The notes under the pieces: model-generated
Told to the model about the DNA's origin: nothing
Seen by the model: the letters and a program-made list of their open reading frames with translations, nothing else
The model's database searches: none
Made by a program: the position numbers and the translations under genes
Source of the DNA: a bacterium
GTDB lineage: Bacteria; Zhuqueibacterota; Zhuqueibacteria; Residuimicrobiales; Krinioviventaceae
Reading direction: 5' to 3'
Length of the DNA: 64,000 nucleotides
Assembly: GCA_963674595.2 (NCBI GenBank)
Contig: CAXXFV010000026.1
Location: 103,623 to 167,622, forward strand
In this document: in pieces, positions 29,332-38,520 of the stretch
Layout of the letters: each line of letters opens with the position of its first letter
Position numbering within the stretch: the first letter of the stretch is position 1

Positions 29332-29566
29332 TATTAATTTTCTTTAGTCATTTTGTTGGTATCAAAATCTTTTTATAAATTTTTATTATTACCGGATTAT
29401 ATAAATAACTTAGTTCGTTTTTTAATTATTTGCAAGTTAATTTATTAAATAAATCTTTATACTGATATCCTGCATATTTTAAAACTAAAAACAGTGGTCC
29501 GGACAGCCGATGTCTGTTTTTTACCTTTTTAAAACAATGTTATTTAAATTTAGAAGTATCCCGTTT

Positions 29567-30187
29567 TTAACAGCACGGATTAAAAGTAATATCTTCAGGA
29601 CCGATGATGCCGCCGGATATGACCGTGCGGATACCTTCATCGACCGACCATTCCGGATCAATAATTTCTGATTCTTTTAAAATAACCATTGTCCCTGATG
29701 TAGGATTTGGGGGTGTGGGAACAAATACTTTGTATAGTTTTTCACCGGAATTTTTGTCTTTTAAAGAACCTGTTATAAACCCGATTGTATAGATGTTTTT
29801 TGTCAGGTAATTTACCAGCACGGCTTTTTTAAATACCTGTTTTTCCGGTAATGATAACGTGGTGGAAATTTGTTTCCCAACCTGATAGGTTGTTCCGATA
29901 ATGGGTATTTTTTTCATGATACGTTCAAAAAAATTAAAAAACCACTTGCCAAACAGGTTTCTGGAAAACAAGCCGATCCCGTAAAGCAATAAAGTAATGA
30001 AAATTAATCCCAAACCCGGGACCCTGATGCCAATTAAATCGTCAATAAGGTTTAAAACATTTTGGTCGATTGCTACATAAAGAAACCGGAGCACAATAAA
30101 TACCAGGAAAAGCGGAACAACAGCCAATAACCCTGAAAAGATATTTTTTTTCAAGTGTTGCATAAAATGGTTCAACTTTTGCCTCAC
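29567..30187 (-). CDS. DUF502 domain membrane protein
   Basis: 'GLLAVVPL', 'IPIIGTTY', 'VFVPTPPNPTSG', 'VISGGI'. Start uncertain (GTG 30187 or ATG 30163). Confidence 0.9.
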   Translation of the reverse strand: MRQKLNHFMQHLKKNIFSGLLAVVPLFLVFIVLRFLYVAIDQNVLNLIDDLIGIRVPGLGLIFITLLLYGIGLFSRNLFGKWFFNFFERIMKKIPIIGTTYQVGKQISTTLSLPEKQVFKKAVLVNYLTKNIYTIGFITGSLKDKNSGEKLYKVFVPTPPNPTSGTMVILKESEIIDPEWSVDEGIRTVISGGIIGPEDITFNPCC

Positions 30188-30418
30188 ATTTTTTTGCTGA
30201 AAAACCAATTTATTTGGTAGAAAGATAATATTCAACCGGATATAATACTATGTACCATAAAAAGCAAGAATTTTTTCGTCTTTTAAAGAAAGTCTGGTTT
30301 AACAGGCTTTAATACACATGGGTAAAATGGATTAACCGGACTGTCAAGTTTGCTTTCAGTATCAACAGGATTTGTAAAAATATGCTTGTTTTTGCCGTCA
30401 TTACCGGCTGATAAAAAG

Positions 30419-30450
30419 AAACCTCAAAGGTTTGGGGACCTTTGAGGTTT
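30419..30450. repeat. Palindrome AAACCTCAAAGGT-N6-ACCTTTGAGGTTT
   Basis: Perfect 13-bp arms followed by a T-run; REP-like element or terminator. Confidence 0.55.
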
Positions 30451-30968
30451 TTTGGGGGGAATGAAATAATAATAATGCCGACCTATTATTATAAAACTGT
30501 TTGAATACAATTAAAACTCGGTTGTATAAAAAATATACAAGCCTTAATAGACTATTATTTCCCGCTCGAATACAATTGGGTGTAAATCGTTTATACCGCC
30601 GATTTTTATCGATCCCGCTTTGGTTTAATTATGGAGAGTCAATATTCCTGTAATAAAAAGATATCAACCTGTTGAAAAATACAGAAATATAACCGACCTC
30701 ACATAGTGCATTCCCAAAGATCAGGTATCAATCGAATGAAAATATATAAAGTTCAAAAGACATGTGCAAGCGATAATTTAAAAAAAATGAATTTTGTTCA
30801 GCATAAATCGTTCCCGGGTTCTTTCTTTGAGACGGATCAGCGCAAGGGCAGGGTTTGGGGAATAAAATTCCAAATACCATTTGTTCCGCAGAGGATTTCA
30901 AATCTAATGCGAGCTTGGGGTTTTACCGGGCCATAAACGCCCAGTCTACTGGCTATGTTAAACACTCA

Positions 30969-32213
30969 TTATTTAACCAAAATCATTTTTCCGGTTAATG
31001 TTTTTGTGTCGGTTTTTAATGCGTAAAAATATATCCCTGATGGTTGATTGACTGCATTCCAAATTGTTCTGTGTGTGCCGGGTTCCTGTTGTTTGTCAAT
31101 AATTGTTTCGATAAGCTGCCCGTTGATGTTATATATATCAATTGTCACGTGTTGTTGTTTTTCCAAGTTATATTCGATAACCGTTTGAGCATTGAACGGG
31201 TTTGGAAAGTTTTTGATGTTTGTTAATTTATAATCATTTGTAACAACTACCGGACCATACTCGGTTGTTGTACCATCATAGTCGATCTGGTTCAGTTTGT
31301 ATTCTATAGTCCCCGGGTTAATTTCATCTTTATAGGTATAATTATTTGTCTGTGTATCTGTTCCATTGCCTTTTATAAAAGCAATTTGTTGATTGTTTCG
31401 TAAAATATCAAATCCATAATTATTAGATTCTGTTCTGGTTTGCCATTCCAGCAAAATACAGTTATTTTCTTTTTTAGCTGTAAATGATGTGAGCTCAACA
31501 GGAACGACTTTACCTGTCAAATCAATGGAATAATGAGTATAGTATTTTACCGAATCATAAAGTACAGGCATTTCAATATAAGATGAAAAACTTGCCGTTT
31601 CATTTGGTGCTATCGTGTTGTTTGTCACGTCGGCGTAGGTATAGTCAATACAAATTATTTTATTGTTCCTGTAAAAAGCACAAAATATGGTTGGATATAA
31701 AATATTTGTCCCGGATTGGTTTTTTATAGTGCCGATCCATTCGAAAAGAGTATAGAATTCATGGAATGATGATTGTTCAAGTGTAAGTGCATTTGTATTT
31801 AATTCAACAATATCATCTTTATCGTATTCGGAATAATTCACTTTAAAGTCAACACTATCAAAATCAACTTTTTCCATAACGCTCTCTGCAAAAGCGAATG
31901 AATTTGGTATCATCCCTGTATCTTCACATGTGTTATAATCAATATAAGCGGTTTTAGACGCTATAAGCACATCATTTTTATAAAATAAAATGATAACATG
32001 GACGTAAAAATAATAATGAAAAGCATTGTTGTTTGTTAGTTTGTAGGTTACTGTCCAAAGGTTATCGCTATAAGTGCTTAGTATCAAATCATTGATGGTA
32101 AAAGTACTGTTAACCTGCACGTCATGAAATTCATGTTCAATTTCAATGTGTCCAGAACTCGCTGGATTTGTAAAGAGAAATAATACGATTGTAATAGCAT
32201 AATACTTTTTCAT
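30969..32213 (-). CDS. Secreted protein with two FxLYD-like Ig domains and T9SS-type CTD
   Basis: Signal peptide, internal duplication ('ILFYKNDVLI' / 'AFYRNNKII'), 'VPVELTSFTA..WQT.TE.NNYGF', CTD 'KNFPNPFNAQTVIEY'. Confidence 0.8.
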   Translation of the reverse strand: MKKYYAITIVLFLFTNPASSGHIEIEHEFHDVQVNSTFTINDLILSTYSDNLWTVTYKLTNNNAFHYYFYVHVIILFYKNDVLIASKTAYIDYNTCEDTGMIPNSFAFAESVMEKVDFDSVDFKVNYSEYDKDDIVELNTNALTLEQSSFHEFYTLFEWIGTIKNQSGTNILYPTIFCAFYRNNKIICIDYTYADVTNNTIAPNETASFSSYIEMPVLYDSVKYYTHYSIDLTGKVVPVELTSFTAKKENNCILLEWQTRTESNNYGFDILRNNQQIAFIKGNGTDTQTNNYTYKDEINPGTIEYKLNQIDYDGTTTEYGPVVVTNDYKLTNIKNFPNPFNAQTVIEYNLEKQQHVTIDIYNINGQLIETIIDKQQEPGTHRTIWNAVNQPSGIYFYALKTDTKTLTGKMILVK

Positions 32214-32479
32214 GACCACCCTCATAATTTTGTATGTCTTTTATATCTAGCACGTTAAATTTTATTTATGGGAAAACATTCTGATCGTCCAGAGGTTCTT
32301 GCACATGGACTGATTAATAAAAGGTCTCTTGGCCCTCCTATGTTAAACATTAATTGTTTATGGTTATAAGGTGTAAAATTTTTCTGCTCTCAAGAATAGG
32401 AATTACTGGGCTATTATTAATGGCATGGCAATACCGCACCTTACTTTCATGGACATTCCACACTATACATTATTAACCG

Positions 32480-32680
32480 TGAGCCAAAAGGAATATGATC
32501 TTGTGACGGATACAATCTTTCCTCGTGCCTGTTTTTAAATCCCATATATGAATAAAAATTGAAAACCAGCAAAAGGACCATCAGGAACTCCCGTGCGCGA
32601 CCAAATCGTCCTGAAATAATCCTAAATAACTGATATCAAATAATACAAACTTTGTATGTTTGAGGCAAGCGGTTTTTAAA
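32480..32680 (-). promoter_or_regulatory. Dispersed promoter-leader element, copy 5
   Basis: TTGCCT (32668-32663), 17 bp, TATTAT (32645-32640), then 'TTTCAGGACGATTTGGTCGCGCACGGGAGTTCCTGATGGTCCTTTTGCTGGTTTTC..GGGATT..AAGATTGT..ATATTC'; similarity to copy 6 extends roughly 190 bp. Confidence 0.85.
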
Positions 32681-32744
32681 AAATTTCCACCTTTTTTCCC
32701 GGCTTGTTTGGGTGGAACGTTGTCGGAAGGATGTGTTTTTATAT

Positions 32745-32777
32745 AAAAAACGCCCGGAGAAGAGCCTCCGGGCGATT
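32745..32777 (-). terminator. Intrinsic terminator of the ABC/PQQ operon
   Basis: CGCCCGGAG-loop-CTCCGGGCG followed by T6 on the minus strand. Confidence 0.7.
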
Positions 32778-32801
32778 AAAATTTATTTTTTGGATTTTTG
32801 G

Positions 32802-32829
32802 GTAGAGACGCAAAATTTTGCGTCTCTAC
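32802..32829. repeat. GTAG-family REP-like palindrome (perfect)
   Basis: GTAGAGACGCAAAATTTTGCGTCTCTAC. Confidence 0.8.
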
Positions 32830-32871
32830 TTTCTTACGTCCGAACCCCTGTGTGAACGTCTTATCTGAACA

Positions 32872-33669
32872 TTATTCCCTAACCACCAACACGCCGCACA
32901 ATAACGGTTGTGAATTCGGGGCTTTGGCAGAGGCTTGCAGTTCGATTACAATATTGTCTGACGCGGTGATGTTTTTAAACTCTTTGATCAGTTCCGTGTC
33001 CAAGGTTTTGCTTTCGGCCAGAATGTCAAAATCCGTTAAAACTCTTTTACCTTGAATGGAGACGTTAAAAATCCGGTCGCCGGGTTTGAGTCCCTCCAGT
33101 TCGGCAAACACCAGCCGCACGGTGTACCGGCTGTCATCTGTTTCGTCACTGCTCAGGGGGATTTCCACACGGTGCACACCAATCACTGCGGAGGCGGCAA
33201 CCCAGGGGTATTTTTCACCTGTTATATTAAACGTGTGTCTGCGGATTTTGGCCGTATTTTCCGGCTGAATGGTGACACCGATATTGGGATTTTCTTCGGC
33301 CATAATGGGGTATTCCAGCCATAACACATTGTCCTGATCAATCCGGTCACCGGGCGCACCAAGGTTAATGCCCATTTTTTCAATAGGGGAGCCGTCCCAT
33401 TCCAGTTCACTGGTGGTCCAATATTCCAGACCCGGCATATATGTCAGGGCCAGAGAGGTCTGGTTGTGATAGGAGCACTGGCACGTCCGTGTATAGTCGG
33501 GTGCATTGAGAACACCGTCGGCGGCAATGAGGTTTGACGTACACCCGGACTTGAACCCGCCAAAATGGCCCGTACCACCGTCACCGTTCATGTCGGCAAA
33601 ACCGGCTGTGCCGGACCGAAAGGTGAGCAAGTTTTCACTGCCAATTCTATAATTACAGCTTGTGGCCCG
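32872..33669 (-). CDS. C-terminal part (Cys-motif propeller end plus malectin-like domain) of the frameshifted PQQ-propeller protein
   Basis: Frame is open up to ~33669 (RATSCNYRIGSENLLTFRSG..), with no RBS/ATG of its own; malectin-like 'YTVRLVFAELE..GDRIFNVSIQG..LTDFDI'. Confidence 0.8.
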   Translation of the reverse strand, partial: RATSCNYRIGSENLLTFRSGTAGFADMNGDGGTGHFGGFKSGCTSNLIAADGVLNAPDYTRTCQCSYHNQTSLALTYMPGLEYWTTSELEWDGSPIEKMGINLGAPGDRIDQDNVLWLEYPIMAEENPNIGVTIQPENTAKIRRHTFNITGEKYPWVAASAVIGVHRVEIPLSSDETDDSRYTVRLVFAELEGLKPGDRIFNVSIQGKRVLTDFDILAESKTLDTELIKEFKNITASDNIVIELQASAKAPNSQPLLCGVLVVRE

Positions 33670-36562
33670 TTATAAAGGCCCAGTCCATGTTTTGGCCGGT
33701 GAGCGGGTGTTTGCGCTGCAATGGTTCACCGGTCAGCAGGCTAAAAGCCCTTGTTTCGGACAAAATTTTGTCGGTGTGCAAAAGCGGCGGATTATCATAT
33801 TCTATGTTTTTGTCCCACACCACACTGCCGTCCCCGGCATTGTGAACAATCATACGCGTGCCTTCTTCGCCGTAAAGCATATCGTTGGAAGGCCGGGTGG
33901 CCTGCAGCAACAGATTATAATCTTTGGAATAGCTCAGCCAACTGCCGAAAACCGGTTCTTGTAGTTGCCATTTTATCTCCCCGGTTTCAATGTCCAGCGC
34001 CATCAGCCTGTTTTTATCGTGAAAATCCATGCCCCGGCGTTCCAGCTTTTTTGCATAATAGGGGGGAAGTTTGTCCATGCAATAGAGCGTGTTGTCGTGC
34101 ACGGTGATGGCATTGTGAATAAATCCTACGTGGGACACCATGGTCCATTTTACCTGTCCGGTATGCCGGTCCATAACCACCAGCATTTTACTGGACGTTT
34201 TGTCATAGTTGCTGAAATCGCGGACTTTGCGTGCTTTGGACGGCGACAATCCGTTTGCCTGGGTCAGTTCGGACTGGCCCGGCAGGTAATCGGAAAAGGG
34301 AATAAACCCGGCCCCGGCAATAAGGTTGTTACCCTGAACGCCGATATAGCCCCACTCGGCGCGGCTGCCGGTGGGAAGCGGCGGCAGTTGCAGCAAGTTT
34401 TGCTCTTCGCCGGTTTCTACGTCCAGGGTCAGGCACACCATGCCCTGAACAATGTAAACAAGGTCGGACGTCACGATAAAATTGGTGCCCCGTGCATTAG
34501 CGCCGGGGATATGTTCCTGATTATAAGCCTGGTTCAACGGTATGTCGCTAAAGGTTTCGTTAAAAAACATACCAAAAGTACCAAGACTGGTAAACTCTTT
34601 TTTCCATAAAACCCGTCCGGTGTAAACGTCGCGGGCGTTCATACAGTTCATGCCCTCAATAAACAGCCGGCCGTCCACCACCTGTTCCGGCGGTCCGTGC
34701 CCGTGTCTGGGTAAAACATCCAGGTTTGATGAACCGCCAAACCACAGGATTCCCAACGGTAGCTGCACAAGGTCATCATCGGATTTTAAGGTATTTTCTA
34801 TGTCCCCGTATTGATGGGTCCAGTTGGCTGCTCCTTTTAACTTGCCATCCCTGGAAATGACCAGTCCGTCGGCAAGAAAAGAGGCCTTTGCCTGGGGCAA
34901 GTTGTGATTTGCTGATATTGTTTTATTGCGTGTGTTCATCCATATCTTACCGCCATAGGGGCGGACAGATTGATATATTTTTTCCAGAAAATTTGATTTG
35001 AGAATATTTTCAGTTTGTTTGGCGTCCGGGAACAGCACCAGCGATGCAAAATAGGGGGCAAGCTCTACAGTTTGCGGACTGCCCGGAAGCAGATGCACCC
35101 TTTTGCCGTAAAGCCGCACAAGGTCCAGATTTTTGCGCCATTTTTCCAAGTCATTGGTGTTTTGTATATAGGCAATGATGTGCAGGTCTGAAGCCGCTAC
35201 CAGTGTTTCCAAAAATCCGGTGTTGGGCGGATTAAAGACCAGGGCATAACCCTCATTAATCTCCAGTGTGGATATGATTGTTTTGGCGGTTTTATTGTTT
35301 GTATCCGGAACGGTTTTGGGTGTTGCTAAAATATTGTTATGGCCGTTTTTTAAGGATGAACCAAATGCATAAATATCACCGTCCACAGAAACGGCAAAAA
35401 GCTGATTGTTGGCAGCCACCAGGCGTTCTATGTTTTTTATGGGATACTGCCAGATAATATCCTGATTTTTAATATCGATGGCTGTCAGTTGCTTTTTCCC
35501 GGCTGCATACAATCTGTTTCCTGATTGTATCAGGTCACCGGATGCGTCCACATCCAGGGACCAGTACAAACTATCGGGTTTGGATTTTGAATAAGCGGTT
35601 ATATTTTTCCCGGAAAAAATGTAAAACGAGTCGCTGATTACCGGTTGAATGCCCATCTTCATTTTTATACTTTTTCCGGTCTTCAAGTCATACATGTTGT
35701 AACATTTTTCACGGTCGTGATTAAAAAAGATATTGCCATCAAAAAAAATAAAAGAACCACCTGATTTATGGTTTTGGGCCGGGTTATAATAGATAAATTC
35801 GCCGGTTTTTCTGTCATAACAGGCAGGCACAGAGCGGCCGCCGGGAATGAGCAGAAAATCTTTGGTTGCCGTGAGCAAACCCTGCGGCGCCACACCGGCA
35901 AAGGACATGTGGTTGTGCGGTTGTTTTACCCAATCGGCGCCGCTGCCGTCGTTCAGCCAGACAATTGCGCCGGTGTTTGGATCCAGGGCATAGATAAACG
36001 TGCCCATAAACGGCCAGATACTGGCGGTAAAATACAGGGTGTCATCATAAATAACAACGCCGCCACGGACCGGCCATGTGGAAATAAACCGTTTGTTGCC
36101 GATTATTTTTCTGTCCGATGGACCGCCGCGCAATTTCCAAAGGAGTGAGCCGTCGGATGAATTGAGGCAGTATAAATAGCCGTCGTCACTGGTTACATAC
36201 ACATTGTTTTTATAACAGGCGGCGGGCAAGCGAACCGGGCCGTCCGTATAAAAGGCCCATTTTTCTTTGCCGGTTTTACAGTCGATGCAGACAAGCTTGT
36301 CGGTGTCGTTAAATCCCAGATATAAATTGCCGTCTTTAACCACCGGTTCAAAAACACGGTCATAGGGCATCAGGTCCTGATTCAGCGGATCGTCCCAGAC
36401 GGTTTCACGCGGTGAATAACTGCGCTGCCATTGCAGTTCCAAATTGTCCGGCAACTGGTCCGAACCGGCGCCGGTCCTGTAGGCATTGTTTCGCCACATG
36501 GGCCAGTCAGCCGAATATACATTCATATAACAGATTAATATTATCAAAAGATTTTTTTTCAT
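33653..36562 (-). CDS. PQQ-binding-like beta-propeller protein with internal methyltransferase-like domain (N-terminal part)
   Basis: Signal peptide, 'ADWPMWRNNAYRTG', repeated 'D..TG...W', 'WTHQYGD..NT..SDD', 'ARDVYTGRVLW'. Confidence 0.85.
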   Translation of the reverse strand: MKKNLLIILICYMNVYSADWPMWRNNAYRTGAGSDQLPDNLELQWQRSYSPRETVWDDPLNQDLMPYDRVFEPVVKDGNLYLGFNDTDKLVCIDCKTGKEKWAFYTDGPVRLPAACYKNNVYVTSDDGYLYCLNSSDGSLLWKLRGGPSDRKIIGNKRFISTWPVRGGVVIYDDTLYFTASIWPFMGTFIYALDPNTGAIVWLNDGSGADWVKQPHNHMSFAGVAPQGLLTATKDFLLIPGGRSVPACYDRKTGEFIYYNPAQNHKSGGSFIFFDGNIFFNHDREKCYNMYDLKTGKSIKMKMGIQPVISDSFYIFSGKNITAYSKSKPDSLYWSLDVDASGDLIQSGNRLYAAGKKQLTAIDIKNQDIIWQYPIKNIERLVAANNQLFAVSVDGDIYAFGSSLKNGHNNILATPKTVPDTNNKTAKTIISTLEINEGYALVFNPPNTGFLETLVAASDLHIIAYIQNTNDLEKWRKNLDLVRLYGKRVHLLPGSPQTVELAPYFASLVLFPDAKQTENILKSNFLEKIYQSVRPYGGKIWMNTRNKTISANHNLPQAKASFLADGLVISRDGKLKGAANWTHQYGDIENTLKSDDDLVQLPLGILWFGGSSNLDVLPRHGHGPPEQVVDGRLFIEGMNCMNARDVYTGRVLWKKEFTSLGTFGMFFNETFSDIPLNQAYNQEHIPGANARGTNFIVTSDLVYIVQGMVCLTLDVETGEEQNLLQLPPLPTGSRAEWGYIGVQGNNLIAGAGFIPFSDYLPGQSELTQANGLSPSKARKVRDFSNYDKTSSKMLVVMDRHTGQVKWTMVSHVGFIHNAITVHDNTLYCMDKLPPYYAKKLERRGMDFHDKNRLMALDIETGEIKWQLQEPVFGSWLSYSKDYNLLLQATRPSNDMLYGEEGTRMIVHNAGDGSVVWDKNIEYDNPPLLHTDKILSETRAFSLLTGEPLQRKHPLTGQNMDWAFITGHKL

Positions 36563-37227
36563 TCAGTCGGGTCCTTTTGCAGAATACCGTTTTTTAACTG
36601 ATATCGTTCAAGCGCTCTTTGTGCGACATGGGTATCATGCGTTACCATAAGAACGCTTTTATTTTTTTTAACATACTCGTCCAGAAAATTCAGGACCAGT
36701 TCCTTGTTTTTACCATCCAGGTTGCCTGTAATTTCATCGGCCAGCAGCACATCGGGACTGAACAAAACAGCGCGCGCCAGGGCAGTGCGTTGTTTTTCGC
36801 CCACGCTCAGTTCAGATGGCAGATGGTCTTCCCGGTGGTCTATTTGTAAATATGCCATCAATTCCCGCGCATTTTGTTCCGCCGAGTTTTCCTGCCGGGC
36901 CAGGGTCGGCGCTAAAATGTTTTCTTTGACTGTTAAATAGGGAATAAGATGGAACTGCTGAAAAACAAATCCTGTTTTTTGTGACCGCCACTGACTGCGC
37001 TGCTGGTGCGTTAACGTGTAAACATCCTGATTGTCCTGCACAACCGCGCCCGTGTTCGGATGCAGCAGTCCGCCGGCTGTTAACAGCAGTGTGGTTTTAC
37101 CGCAGCCGCTTTCACCCTGGATCGATGTTAAAATACCGGATTTCAGCGTGAGGCTCAGGTCCTTCAAAACAGGAATGTTTTGTTTATTTTTATAATATGA
37201 TTTGGATATGTTTTTCAATTCGAGCAT
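36559..37227 (-). CDS. ABC transporter ATP-binding protein (LolD/MacB-type)
   Basis: Walker A GESGCGKTT, 'GFVFQQFHL', signature LSVGEKQR, 'LLADEITGNLD', 'VTHD'. Confidence 0.93.
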   Translation of the reverse strand: MLELKNISKSYYKNKQNIPVLKDLSLTLKSGILTSIQGESGCGKTTLLLTAGGLLHPNTGAVVQDNQDVYTLTHQQRSQWRSQKTGFVFQQFHLIPYLTVKENILAPTLARQENSAEQNARELMAYLQIDHREDHLPSELSVGEKQRTALARAVLFSPDVLLADEITGNLDGKNKELVLNFLDEYVKKNKSVLMVTHDTHVAQRALERYQLKNGILQKDPTE

Positions 37228-38490
37228 CTAGTCTTCCTTTGCCAGAACAATCGCCGGGTCCTGACGCGATGCGCTGAAAGCAGGCGGCCAGGTGCTGATC
37301 AATGTTACCAGAATAGCCGTTGCCCATGAACCGGCCAGCAATCCAAAGGTGATATATTTAAACTTGAAATAGGAAGCTGTTGTGCAAACCAGAATACCGG
37401 CAACCGTTCCGACGGCCGCACCGGTCATGCATATTAAAAACGCCTTTGCCAGAAACAGCAAAATAATCTGCGCCGGACGAACTCCCACCGCCATTAAAAT
37501 GCCGATTTCGTTTTTGCGTTCATTGGCGTTTTGTGTAAACAGGATATACAGCCACACCATGCATAACAGCAGCACAAAGGGTATAAAAAGCGCTGCGAAT
37601 TTTTTCTGAATTTCAAGCTGCTGCTGTTTATTTTTCCGGTCTGCAAACAGGGCGTCGGTTGCCTCTTTAGATGCACGTTGCCGTGCATGGGCGCGGGTGA
37701 TGACCTTTTCCTGTTTTTCGATGATTTGCACATCCGGCAAAATCGCATTGATTTCTTTTCGAAGACTGTCCAGCGAGTTGCCCGCACATAAACATTTCAG
37801 GGCCAAAATAGCATTGATACGTCCGGGCTGGTTCAGCAGTTTTTGCGCCTGCTGTAAATCGATCCACAGGGAAATATCGTCGCGGCTGCCGCGTTCCGGG
37901 TAGCATGTTTCGATGACAAATGATTGGCCCAGCACCTTGATCGTGTCGCCGGCCTTGAGATCAAGCATTGTATGGATATCATACCCGACAACAACCCGGC
38001 CTTTGGGCACGGCCTGCATCATGGGTTCTTTGGGCGCACGATACAGCAACGGTACTTCGCCGCGAATGCCCACCAGCAAAACATGGCGTTTGGCTTCCGG
38101 CCATAATATCTTTCTCTCCAGACTGGGCAGTAAATGGCGAATGGACATAGAGGAAGAGGCTGCCAGTTTTTCCACATACTCTTCGGGCATTGTTTTAGCA
38201 GCAAAATTATTTGTATAAAAATCCGTCAGATTTTGGTCCTGCGGAAGAATCAACAGATTGAATCCCAGTTCCTTCATAATCTTGCGATAATCGTCCTTGA
38301 GCACATCCGTCCTTTTTTGTGTATCCTGAATTTTATCTTCCAGCACAAGCCGGATGTGATTTTCGTGACTGGTCAATAGTAAAATAGACCCCAGGAAAAC
38401 AGCTACCGCAATGGTCACCGAGGCAACTCCCAGAATAAAGTTTCGTTTTCGTTGTTTGAGTTCTTTGATTAAAAGTGTGAACAGGGTCAT
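37228..38490 (-). CDS. ABC transporter permease (FtsX/MacB-like)
   Basis: One N-terminal TM, large periplasmic loop, 'NANERKNEIGILMAVG', three C-terminal TMs, 'PPAFSASRQDPAIVL'. Confidence 0.9.
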   Translation of the reverse strand: MTLFTLLIKELKQRKRNFILGVASVTIAVAVFLGSILLLTSHENHIRLVLEDKIQDTQKRTDVLKDDYRKIMKELGFNLLILPQDQNLTDFYTNNFAAKTMPEEYVEKLAASSSMSIRHLLPSLERKILWPEAKRHVLLVGIRGEVPLLYRAPKEPMMQAVPKGRVVVGYDIHTMLDLKAGDTIKVLGQSFVIETCYPERGSRDDISLWIDLQQAQKLLNQPGRINAILALKCLCAGNSLDSLRKEINAILPDVQIIEKQEKVITRAHARQRASKEATDALFADRKNKQQQLEIQKKFAALFIPFVLLLCMVWLYILFTQNANERKNEIGILMAVGVRPAQIILLFLAKAFLICMTGAAVGTVAGILVCTTASYFKFKYITFGLLAGSWATAILVTLISTWPPAFSASRQDPAIVLAKED

Positions 38491-38520
38491 TTTTTATACG
38501 AATATAAATTTATAAGACGA

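Larger units (their letters stand above)
28425..30417. repeat. 19-bp direct repeat pair CATTACCGGCTGATAAAAA
   Basis: Identical copies at 28425-28443 and 30399-30417, both intergenic, bracketing the zeta-like pair and the DUF502 gene. Confidence 0.6.

Noticed and set aside
30455-30960. Pseudogene or ORF 30706..30936
   Set aside because: No recognisable motif in the frames examined and no RBS; only degenerate palindrome remnants.
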